NCBI GenBank assembly: GCA_002502095.1 | Contig: DAPJ01000005.1 | Location: 15,763 to 79,762 of the forward strand | From: Euryarchaeota archaeon UBA62 | GTDB taxonomy: Archaea; Thermoplasmatota; Poseidoniia; Poseidoniales; Thalassarchaeaceae | DNA length: 64,000 nucleotides | Direction: 5' to 3' | Shown: positions 52,953 through 61,223 of the stretch, one piece after another | Layout of the letters: every line of letters begins with the position of its first letter | Numbering within the stretch: position 1 is the first letter of the stretch | The notes under the pieces: model-generated | Databases searched by the model: none | Seen by the model: the letters and a program-made list of their open reading frames with translations, nothing else | Told to the model about the DNA's origin: nothing | Made by a program: the position numbers and the translations under genes

Positions 52953-53597
52953 ATGGACGACCCCCTCAAGCCATTTGATACAGATCATGTCAAGCACTCC
53001 ATTGGGGGATTCACAGGACACGCACTCAGAAGGGCCACTCATATGGTAATGGCATTGATCCCACTCATATACTATGCAAGAGGAGTTGAAATTTCGGATT
53101 ATTTTGGGATGAATCCAGATCAATTAGTTAGTACCATAATTATCACTCTCATAATTATAGAAGCCCTGAGAATAAAGATGGGAATTGTGGTAATAGGTCA
53201 ACGTGAATACGAGGCTAAACAGATTTCTGCACTTGCGTGGGGTGGGTTTGCAGTTGCACTAGCCCTGTTGATTGCTCCAGACAATGGAAAGACCGGCCTT
53301 GAATCTGGACTCTACGGCATTCCATTGATATTTGGTCTGACCTTTGTCGATCCTATAATGGGTGAGATAAAGAGAAAGAAGCAGGATCTAAAATTAGCAA
53401 TTTGGGCAGGAATGTTAACCTCATATGCCGTTTGGATAGGGTGTTACTTCTGGCTTGGAACGCCATTAGTTATCTCACTACTTCTGGCCCCACTAACGGT
53501 TTTAGGAGAAGTACCTTCGCTGAAGTATATTGACGACAATGCGACGATGGTCCTCATACCTCTGGCGGCACTAATGATTTTACTTCCCATAATTTGA
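52953..53597 (+). CDS. Dolichol/phytol-kinase-like integral membrane protein
   Basis: 'RRATH', 'REYE', 'DP..G' and 'IDDN' motifs; multiple TM helices. Confidence 0.7.
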   Translation: MDDPLKPFDTDHVKHSIGGFTGHALRRATHMVMALIPLIYYARGVEISDYFGMNPDQLVSTIIITLIIIEALRIKMGIVVIGQREYEAKQISALAWGGFAVALALLIAPDNGKTGLESGLYGIPLIFGLTFVDPIMGEIKRKKQDLKLAIWAGMLTSYAVWIGCYFWLGTPLVISLLLAPLTVLGEVPSLKYIDDNATMVLIPLAALMILLPII

Positions 53598-53646
53598 ATC
53601 ATGTCCAGATGGGTATATTTACATTCAAAACTATCCTGGGATATTC

Positions 53647-53748
53647 ATGGCCGAGCCAGATGAAGATGAATTGAAGCAGTCTACCTATCTAATGGTCTGG
53701 GCAGTTGCCTCACTTGCATCTCTGGCCATATTCATCATTTATTTCTGA
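53647..53748 (+). CDS. Putative 33-aa single-pass membrane protein, below the ORF-track cutoff
   Basis: Hand translation gives MAEPDEDELKQSTYLMVWAVASLASLAIFIIYF*. TATA-like tatattta at 53614-53621. Confidence 0.5.
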   Translation: MAEPDEDELKQSTYLMVWAVASLASLAIFIIYF

Positions 53749-54021
53749 GTGCTTGAATCCCTCCTCTTCGAGCATTCGGAGTTTTCCCTCTGCCCCTCCT
53801 AGGCCAGAGTAACCACCGACTCTTCCATCCGAACGAATCACTCTATGGCATGGAACAAAGGGAGCATACGGATTTGCTGCACATGCATTGGCAACTGCTC
53901 TCGATGAGCCAGGTTTCCCAATAGCATCAGCAATCTGCTTGTACGTCCTAGTTTCTCCAAGGGGGATAGAAAGCAACTCCCTCCATACTAGTTTCTGGAA
54001 GGAAGTTCCATTCATTTTCAC
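53710..54021 (-). CDS. ogt: Methylated-DNA--protein-cysteine methyltransferase (C-terminal domain only)
   Basis: IPLGETRTYKQIA, RAVANACAANP, VPCHRV active site. Confidence 0.92.
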   Translation of the reverse strand: MKMNGTSFQKLVWRELLSIPLGETRTYKQIADAIGKPGSSRAVANACAANPYAPFVPCHRVIRSDGRVGGYSGLGGAEGKLRMLEEEGFKHSEINDEYGQRCK

Positions 54022-54305
54022 GGCTCTTCCTCTTCCAATCCGGATGGACGATATCCCTCATCCATTCCCACTATCTCGTAATTTGAGGGAAAAAGGGCTA
54101 TTGCCACACCTCCGATCATACACCCAAGGCCAAGTAAGAACTGCCCAGTTATCATCATTTCAAGAGCTATGGCAACTAAGATTAAACCTCCGATATTGGA
54201 TACCCAAACCAAGTTTTTGAATGTCGATAATGATACTCCTGTGGTCCTCTCTGTCCTCTTGGGACCAAATTCTGCACCGAATCTAATTGGGTCTTCATCA
54301 CTCAA
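54018..54305 (-). CDS. Small membrane protein
   Basis: Two TM helices; stop overlaps the ogt start. Confidence 0.65.
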   Translation of the reverse strand: MSDEDPIRFGAEFGPKRTERTTGVSLSTFKNLVWVSNIGGLILVAIALEMMITGQFLLGLGCMIGGVAIALFPSNYEIVGMDEGYRPSGLEEEEP

Positions 54306-54309
54306 AATA

Positions 54310-54642
54310 TCACCTGTCTATCATTAGTATTGCATCTGTTGGGCAAGCAAGAACGCATAACTGGCACCCAGTACAAGGGTCTCTCAGAATCTTCGCTTTC
54401 CTGTTTACCTCGATATTTAGGATGGGACTGGCAAGCGGAGTATCATACAGCTCTATGGCATCATCATCACAAACAATCGTACATTGATCGCACCCGATGC
54501 ACTGCTCTTCCTTGACCCACGCGACAGCATCTTCTCCTCCCTTCAATTTAGCCTGATCTTCAGACCTTCTAGCATCTAGAAGAATCTTAATTCTCCGTTG
54601 CTCAGATTTTCTCCGTGCTATCAGATCTTTGATGTCCGTCAC
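54310..54642 (-). CDS. 2x[4Fe-4S] ferredoxin-like protein with N-terminal basic helix
   Basis: CIGCDQCTIVC and CTGCQLCVLACP; GTG start with a GGAGG-like RBS upstream. Confidence 0.88.
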   Translation of the reverse strand: MTDIKDLIARRKSEQRRIKILLDARRSEDQAKLKGGEDAVAWVKEEQCIGCDQCTIVCDDDAIELYDTPLASPILNIEVNRKAKILRDPCTGCQLCVLACPTDAILMIDR

Positions 54643-54721
54643 AAAAAACCCTCCATGCTCCTTCTTCTCAATGCTACGGTCTAAACATCACTAATTTAAC
54701 CATGTTTCGTTAGCAAGTAAC

Positions 54722-54985
54722 ATGGAAGCCTATGAGGGACCCTGGATATACGATCCTATGTGTTGGATTGGCTTGACACAGGGCATATTGATTTGGGTGT
54801 TGATGACAATGTATATTTCTCCTCAGATAGCATGGATTTCATTTGCTTGTGGAGGACTAATTGGCTTCTTCATTTGGCTTACTGCACTCGGCTATCGCCG
54901 AATACAAGTTGCGAAATTCACTTTGTATGGCATAGCAATAAATGCATTATTGGCTGTATTTTCAGGTTGGTTAGCTTTCGGTTAG
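54722..54985 (+). CDS. Small membrane protein
   Basis: Three hydrophobic helices in 87 aa. Confidence 0.6.
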   Translation: MEAYEGPWIYDPMCWIGLTQGILIWVLMTMYISPQIAWISFACGGLIGFFIWLTALGYRRIQVAKFTLYGIAINALLAVFSGWLAFG

Positions 54986-54988
54986 AGC

Positions 54989-57772
54989 TCACTGACTCTT
55001 CCCTGCCTCAACCTGCCTGGCTAGGAAGCTAACGACATCCAATATTTCGAAGTCATGTCTTGGGTCCCCTTCGAACTTTAGGCACTCGAAATGGGAGACA
55101 CACTTTGGACAGGATGTCAGCATGATGTCAGCCCCAGTTGCGTTTACCTCTTCGAATCTCTGGACTCTCAAAGCTCTACTATTCTCATTACAGCTCATCA
55201 TACTGGAAACACCACAGCAAAGTGCATCTTCGCCATGATGCTCCATCTCTACTAGGTTAACTCCTTCTACGTTGGATATGAGGTCCCTTGGCTGGTCATA
55301 GATATTCATCTGCCTCCCTAGTCTGCATGGGTCATGGAAAGTGACCGTAACATCGTCATCCGATTGTAGATTCATGTCAAAACCATTCTCTACCAGGAAT
55401 TCAGTGGTATGCATCACCTTCATGTCCTCCAACTCATAGTCCAGGGCGAATGTTCTGAAGCACTCGGCGCAAGATGTCACTAGGGTGTCAATCCCACTCT
55501 CTCCTAGTTTCTTCTGATTGTACGCCTTGAGCTTCTCAAAGACTTCTGTCATTCCTTGCCATTTCTGATCATGGCCACAGCACTTCAAGAAATCCCTACC
55601 AAGGTAAGTGACATCTTCACCCATCTCTTCGAATAGCGTGAATGCGGAAGTTGTAGCATCTCCTAGATTCATGGAACCTTCGTTGACGTGACTGAAAATC
55701 ATTTCTTGATCCAGGTAGTCGACACATCCTGGGTAGTATCCGATGTTCGAATCAATTGGATACTCATCAATCGACATGAAGTATCCGTCAGCATCCTCCT
55801 CTGCTTCAGCAGCTAGGACCGCCTGTAATACAGTATGAGGAATTTCAGTAGCAGGAGGGCCGCCGACTATCATATTCCTCCTGATGTCAACATATGAATC
55901 ATAATCCACTAGTTGGGGACAGGCATTGGTACAAGCAGAGCACGTCAGACATGAATACAAAGGAACCCCGTCGTCCTCATTGTTCCAAGTATTGTAGATG
56001 ATGTTCAGCTTATCTCCAGAGTTGAATAGCCTCACTGGACAAGCGTCATCACAAAGATCGCAGCCGTAGCACTTGTTCATCTCGTATTCGTATCCTCTCG
56101 CCATGCTCCTCATGAGCATGAATACCAAAGCACCGACTCCCAGACAAGGTATGAATAACGAATATATCAATTTCGCATCAAGACTCTTCGGATTCTTGTG
56201 ATACGTTGGATTCTTCAAGTACATTGCCGACATGGTCTCTAGATCCAGAGTCGACTCTGACCTGACTAGTGAAGTGCCATCATCATTCAACAGTAGGGGC
56301 TGGTATGCTACCACAGACAAGCTCGTGATTACCTCTACAGACTCGTTGATTCCTTGCGATGTGGTCATGTAAGAAACACTGTAAGTATTCCCCGCATCTA
56401 GGTATATGGTTTCCGAAACACACCCTTCCGTACTCCAAATTTCATCTCCTGACGAGTCACTTAGAACCAAACTCTGAGAATGGACACCTGCTCCTCTGAC
56501 TGTAGTCCTGAATAGACATCCAATATCCGCTGGAACTTCGGAAACTCCCAGGTCTTCTACTTCGAATGTCATACTTACTTCGTATGTAATCTCAGATCCA
56601 TCTGCAGTCCCGGGGAAAGATGTTTCATCCTCGGCCGAATTTCTACCTGTGGCACTGTCGGCATGTCCATTATCACCTGCAAAGTCAATTATCTTGAATT
56701 TCGTAGGTTGGAAAATACCCCAATTAGACCAATGCGTCGCGGCAATGACACACCAATCAGAGGGATCTTCTTCTGATGACAATCCATTCCATGCAGCCAG
56801 TGTTGAGCTTTCCTCATAAGGTATGCATTCGTCTTCCCAGTCAGCCCAAACATTCCCTTCCTCTACGTGTACAAGGGTGTCAGAAGGCTGTGCCCTGAGG
56901 GAATCCAAGTCTTCGACATCGTCCATGGCACCGAGCCCACCATAGTCCCAGAAACCATTCTCATACACAGGCCATGTGACAACAGATATGAGTACAGCGG
57001 CAATTAGAGATCCTACAGCAACCTGACGACCAATCCTTGGGGTAACTCTGGAACCTACTGAGCTAAGCAGGAATTTCCTGGTAGGGAAATATATGACTGC
57101 GAATAAGAAAATTCCAGTAAGTATCCACGGAACCGCATTGAAAACCTCAGCAGTCCAGGGGGCTTGTCTTCCACACATTAGTTCAGAATGAGAACCAGTA
57201 AAGCAATAGTCACTACGATCTTTGGCATACAAGTCTAGGAATATATTGATCGAGAAAACCGATATGAACCAGACATGGGCTAAATAAACAGCTCCCGCAG
57301 TTGCAAACCATGGATCTTCAACCCCTCTCTTTTCTCTACCGGGTAGGAAGGGGGGAAGTGCGAGAATACCAACAGGAAGTCCTGTAATTGCGGCTCCCCA
57401 CCAAGCAGCGTTCCAATCGATAACAGGAGTTCCGAAGAACTCTCCGATAGGGCCTGCTGGAATCACAAATTGAGGAAGATACTCGCCCCATCTTAGGTAT
57501 CCGTATGAAAACAGAACGTACCAATCGGGGAATACGAAACCAGCTTGCGCGAATGGATCAGCCGCACTATGCAGTGGGGGAGGTATCAGCCAAGAGTAGA
57601 ATGCTATGGTCATGACAATCGAGGCAAAAATTATCGTATCTCGAAGTACTTCAGTAGGCCAGAAAGGATGTCCAGTAAACGTCCTCCTCCTCTCGGTATC
57701 AGCTTCCAAAAGCTTGTTTCTCTCGCTGATGTATGTATCAGCAATTCTACCAAATCTATCCATCATCCCCAT
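54989..57772 (-). CDS. Cytochrome b6 subunit IV (PetD)-like protein fused to an ectodomain and an HdrD/GlpC-like Fe-S/CCG module
   Basis: PFWP..LRD and PDWY; TM helices; CYGCDLCDDACP, CLTCSACTNACP; YYPGC...CCG...CAEC and FHDPC...CCG...CPKC. Confidence 0.88.
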   Translation of the reverse strand: MGMMDRFGRIADTYISERNKLLEADTERRRTFTGHPFWPTEVLRDTIIFASIVMTIAFYSWLIPPPLHSAADPFAQAGFVFPDWYVLFSYGYLRWGEYLPQFVIPAGPIGEFFGTPVIDWNAAWWGAAITGLPVGILALPPFLPGREKRGVEDPWFATAGAVYLAHVWFISVFSINIFLDLYAKDRSDYCFTGSHSELMCGRQAPWTAEVFNAVPWILTGIFLFAVIYFPTRKFLLSSVGSRVTPRIGRQVAVGSLIAAVLISVVTWPVYENGFWDYGGLGAMDDVEDLDSLRAQPSDTLVHVEEGNVWADWEDECIPYEESSTLAAWNGLSSEEDPSDWCVIAATHWSNWGIFQPTKFKIIDFAGDNGHADSATGRNSAEDETSFPGTADGSEITYEVSMTFEVEDLGVSEVPADIGCLFRTTVRGAGVHSQSLVLSDSSGDEIWSTEGCVSETIYLDAGNTYSVSYMTTSQGINESVEVITSLSVVAYQPLLLNDDGTSLVRSESTLDLETMSAMYLKNPTYHKNPKSLDAKLIYSLFIPCLGVGALVFMLMRSMARGYEYEMNKCYGCDLCDDACPVRLFNSGDKLNIIYNTWNNEDDGVPLYSCLTCSACTNACPQLVDYDSYVDIRRNMIVGGPPATEIPHTVLQAVLAAEAEEDADGYFMSIDEYPIDSNIGYYPGCVDYLDQEMIFSHVNEGSMNLGDATTSAFTLFEEMGEDVTYLGRDFLKCCGHDQKWQGMTEVFEKLKAYNQKKLGESGIDTLVTSCAECFRTFALDYELEDMKVMHTTEFLVENGFDMNLQSDDDVTVTFHDPCRLGRQMNIYDQPRDLISNVEGVNLVEMEHHGEDALCCGVSSMMSCNENSRALRVQRFEEVNATGADIMLTSCPKCVSHFECLKFEGDPRHDFEILDVVSFLARQVEAGKSQ

Positions 57773-57782
57773 TTATCACACC

Positions 57783-58649
57783 TCAATGTGGCTCCGCTAT
57801 ACCTTGTGCCCAAACAATGAACAAATGTGCAAGAATGAGCGAAGTAACTACTACTGGAAGTATGAAGACATGAAGGAAGTACATTCTGGTAACCGTCTGT
57901 CCTGAGATTGTAGTACCGGCGAACATAGCGGTTGCAACCCAACCTCCAATCAGAGGGGTACTATTTGCCATGTTGATTCCAATAGTTGCAGCACCGAATG
58001 CTAGGCTATCCCATGGGAGGAGGTATCCTGAATAGCCAAAGAAAATTGTGAAGAACATCAGTGCGACTCCAATCAACCAGTTTAATTCCCTAGGATTCCT
58101 GTAAGCACCGGTGAAGTAGACCCTACACATGTGCAGGAATACAGCAGCGACCATGAAGTGCGTAGTCCAGTGATGTATGGATCTGATGATGTATCCGAAA
58201 GGAAGTTGTGTCATTATGAATTCCATGCTACTATACGCAGGAGTTGGATCTCCCTCTCCACCCGGTACGTAGTATAGTCCTAGAACAGTACCTGTCAGAA
58301 CTAGGATTACGAATGCCAAGAAGGAAATCCCACCTAGGCAGTATAGGGGATACCAATACCAAATTATTCTGAGCTTGTATTTCTCAGCATGAGTCATGGG
58401 CATTTGCCTGTGCATGCCGTAGTACGCATCCCTGCTCATCCCCCAGTAGTCCTGAATTCTGAATCTTGTATCTAGCCACGAGAATGCCCACAGGAATGAC
58501 TTTTCTGCTAGACCCATGCTACTAGCACTAGTCTCGACCGCTCGCAGTATTTCTTTCCTCGGCATCTCCTCTCTTTCTTTCCTCAGTGTTAGAGCTACTA
58601 TTACTACAACTAAGGTTATGAAGACCCATAGAAACCAGAATTGAATCAT
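57783..58649 (-). CDS. petB: Cytochrome b6-type N-terminal cytochrome b subunit
   Basis: YCLGGI, IRSIHHW, FLHMCRVY, PRELNW, GYLLPWD, YFLHVF, LAHL, GIAEPH. Confidence 0.93.
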   Translation of the reverse strand: MIQFWFLWVFITLVVVIVALTLRKEREEMPRKEILRAVETSASSMGLAEKSFLWAFSWLDTRFRIQDYWGMSRDAYYGMHRQMPMTHAEKYKLRIIWYWYPLYCLGGISFLAFVILVLTGTVLGLYYVPGGEGDPTPAYSSMEFIMTQLPFGYIIRSIHHWTTHFMVAAVFLHMCRVYFTGAYRNPRELNWLIGVALMFFTIFFGYSGYLLPWDSLAFGAATIGINMANSTPLIGGWVATAMFAGTTISGQTVTRMYFLHVFILPVVVTSLILAHLFIVWAQGIAEPH

Positions 58650-58658
58650 TTTCTCACC

Positions 58659-59513
58659 TCAGTCGCAATATGTGTACCAGTCTTTGAAATCAGGCAGAGC
58701 CTCTATCAAATCTCCGTTAAGAACGAATGGAATCAATGGCATCCCCATTGGTGCCGGACCTCCGGCCCTCTTAATCCCAATGAAATCAAATTCAGCACCA
58801 CTTGATCTATTTCTGGCCCTATTCTTCTCTATGACAGTAGGGTCGAACCTAGACGAGTGACAGATACAGAACAGCTTACTTCCCCCAGAGTCAGTTCCAC
58901 TTGGAACCCACTGGTCTTCGGTAAATTCGTTAGTAACCAGTTGCCACCCCGGGATGCAACAAAGGTGCGTACACCTTGAAAATATTAGTATCAGGTTGTC
59001 ATGTATGGAAAGAGACTGATATTGGGGATCTTCATCTAGCTCGTATCCAGAGCCAACATATGAGCCATCTGCCGTGTATCCATCCATAAATTGAAATCGA
59101 GGCTTATCCTCAATGAGGGCACTACCCTTATTCTCTTCATGAGGTACATACACTGCATTTACTGGCATTCCCGACCATACTCCCTGGGCTGCTGACATCC
59201 CCGTGGCGGAACTGGCGGCCGCATCGACGAACGATTGGTATGTCATGGGCTCCAAGTGCCTATCTCCGTACCATACACTATCCTCTGCCCCCGTCGGTAC
59301 CCAGTATCTCACAGCAGTGTCTCCTCCATCTGCTTCTGCCTGCCCCATTAGTAAGGATGCGAACCCAACACTCCCAATGCTGGCAACGGTAATGGCACCA
59401 GCGGCGGTATTGAACGAGTGCCTCATGAACTCGCGCCTGTCTATCAGGTGCCCCTCTCCGGACGAATCCTCCGAGCTTGAAGAACTATCTCTGAGCGTGA
59501 ATTTTCTTGCCAT
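58659..59513 (-). CDS. Rieske [2Fe-2S] subunit
   Basis: Tat motif DRREFM plus TM; CTHLCC and CICHSSRFD boxes; GPAP. Confidence 0.92.
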   Translation of the reverse strand: MARKFTLRDSSSSSEDSSGEGHLIDRREFMRHSFNTAAGAITVASIGSVGFASLLMGQAEADGGDTAVRYWVPTGAEDSVWYGDRHLEPMTYQSFVDAAASSATGMSAAQGVWSGMPVNAVYVPHEENKGSALIEDKPRFQFMDGYTADGSYVGSGYELDEDPQYQSLSIHDNLILIFSRCTHLCCIPGWQLVTNEFTEDQWVPSGTDSGGSKLFCICHSSRFDPTVIEKNRARNRSSGAEFDFIGIKRAGGPAPMGMPLIPFVLNGDLIEALPDFKDWYTYCD

Positions 59514-59515
59514 AC

Positions 59516-59965
59516 TTACACCTCATATTTCTTCCATGATTCAGGATCTTTCGTAGTGATATACTTGTTTCTCCTGCTCTTCACGATTACTATGTCAGGC
59601 ATTACATACTTCATGTATATCATTCCCAGTATTATTACAGTAAGCAATAACATCCCTAAGAAGAAAGACAACATCTGTTGATCCCATTTATTGTAAAGCC
59701 CATATGAAAGTGAACCAGCCCAGTAAAGTGACCAAACTATTCCCCAAAGGCCTACTAAAATTATTAGCCATGAATCTCCAGAAGGAGAGACGCTGGCTCT
59801 AACAATAGACCCTGCAGGGGCCTCATTGAAAACCCCGTGTTCAATCGCAGTCTCATAAGCCTCCTCTGTGAGAGATATTCCATCAAGGGCCTCCCTGGCG
59901 TCTTCCACGCTCACCTCTCCCGATGCTACCTGCCTGAGCATCTTCATTACTACGTCATCCCTCAT
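59516..59965 (-). CDS. Membrane protein in the Rieske/cytb operon
   Basis: N-terminal 'LRQVASGEVSVEDA' helix and two TM helices; translationally coupled to the upstream gene. Confidence 0.7.
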   Translation of the reverse strand: MRDDVVMKMLRQVASGEVSVEDAREALDGISLTEEAYETAIEHGVFNEAPAGSIVRASVSPSGDSWLIILVGLWGIVWSLYWAGSLSYGLYNKWDQQMLSFFLGMLLLTVIILGMIYMKYVMPDIVIVKSRRNKYITTKDPESWKKYEV

Positions 59966-60783
59966 TACTGATCACCCCTTCTCTGGTGCTTAATCCTCAG
60001 TCTCAGAAGATTACTCCTGCCCTCATAATGTCTTGAGAATCCATACCTCAACATCAATCCACAAAAGATAATCACGATAACAACAGCGGCGAAGCCGAGC
60101 AGCCCTAGCCAATGCGCCCTCATACCAGCTCCCATGTGGTGTAGGTCCACCCCTTCTTCCACAGGTGCCGGTGGCTCTATGTCACCATTTCCTACGAATA
60201 CAGTCCTCGTCCCTCCAAATTCACCTTCATCTATAGACGCACTTAGCCTGTTCCACCTGTCCAGTTGCGAGGGAATCCCGTCTCCATTAACCGAGTTCCC
60301 AGCCAACCAAATCGTAACAACACCAGTACCTTCTTCTGGAGCAGTCCATGTGATATGCCAAGTTCTGTCAGAAACCTTCGATCCAGAATTGCTGTGAGTG
60401 AGTGTAGAAAGATCGTCTTCCCAGTTGTACATCAAGGACTCAAATCCAGCCGAGGCGGTGAGGGTACCTTCGCTAACCCTCATGGAAAATCCACCGGTAT
60501 GGGAAGTCGTATCTGCCACAGGACCCCCAATGATTTGAATTGACATTTCATAGGAATCTCCTGGTTGGTAACGATGGGGGACATCGGTCAATATTAGAGT
60601 GACAGAATTATCCGGCTCCTCGGCGTGACATGTGCATCCTGCAAGCGCCACATCTCCCTCATTATTCGCATCGCCACCTATGCCTGTGGGATTGGCCTGT
60701 GACCCACCAGCCGTCAGCACAGCGACAATAGTGATAGCCAGTACCTTCCTTACGGTGAGCACACTCGACGCCATCCACAACAC
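59965..60783 (-). CDS. Membrane-anchored Reeler-like (choice-of-anchor V-like) domain protein with CxCH
   Basis: Signal peptide, GCTCH, 'Y.PG..Y', 'GGF', 'WTAP', 'GNSVNG', C-terminal TM. Confidence 0.7.
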   Translation of the reverse strand: MLWMASSVLTVRKVLAITIVAVLTAGGSQANPTGIGGDANNEGDVALAGCTCHAEEPDNSVTLILTDVPHRYQPGDSYEMSIQIIGGPVADTTSHTGGFSMRVSEGTLTASAGFESLMYNWEDDLSTLTHSNSGSKVSDRTWHITWTAPEEGTGVVTIWLAGNSVNGDGIPSQLDRWNRLSASIDEGEFGGTRTVFVGNGDIEPPAPVEEGVDLHHMGAGMRAHWLGLLGFAAVVIVIIFCGLMLRYGFSRHYEGRSNLLRLRIKHQRRGDQ

Positions 60784-60917
60784 CTTGGTGTAGTGGCCAC
60801 CAGAAAGGGGGCTATTAACGTTGCATTACCCCACTGTCAGTATGCCACACTAAACAGGCCATTTCTGATAGCATGCCGTCACACCAAACTAATATGCCAA
60901 GTCTAAGAGGAAGTGAT

Positions 60918-61223
60918 ATGTCAGGGCCCGTTTGGAGGAATGTGTACAGTCTTAACGAGGATCAAATATCGAAACTTGACGAGGCCGAGGACCATATGGA
61001 GATGATGAGAATCGGTCCCGCTGAAAAAATACTCATCGAACTTCTCGAGCAAGAACCAGAGTGCGTTCCGGTCCTGAACGTCATGGCACACCTCCAGGGA
61101 AGGTATTTATCAGACTTCGAGAAAGCTGTAGAATTCTATGATAAGGTACTTGCTATAGAACCAGATAATGCATGGGCAAGAGATGAGAGAAGACGTTACA
61201 CAAGATATTCCAGTTATGATTGA
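60918..61223 (+). CDS. TPR protein
   Basis: 'AVEFYDKVLAIEPDNAWA'. Alternative start at 60873. Confidence 0.8.
   Translation: MSGPVWRNVYSLNEDQISKLDEAEDHMEMMRIGPAEKILIELLEQEPECVPVLNVMAHLQGRYLSDFEKAVEFYDKVLAIEPDNAWARDERRRYTRYSSYD

Noticed and set aside
54989-56090. Hdr-like domain as evidence of methanogenesis or sulfate reduction
   Set aside because: CCG domains are widespread in non-methanogenic oxidoreductases, and no mcr, hdrA or dsr genes are in the window.
60795-60820. cagaaagggggcta resembling the 3' end of RNase P RNA
   Set aside because: Imperfect match, no upstream GAGGAAAGTCC-like P4 partner, and the preceding sequence is coding.
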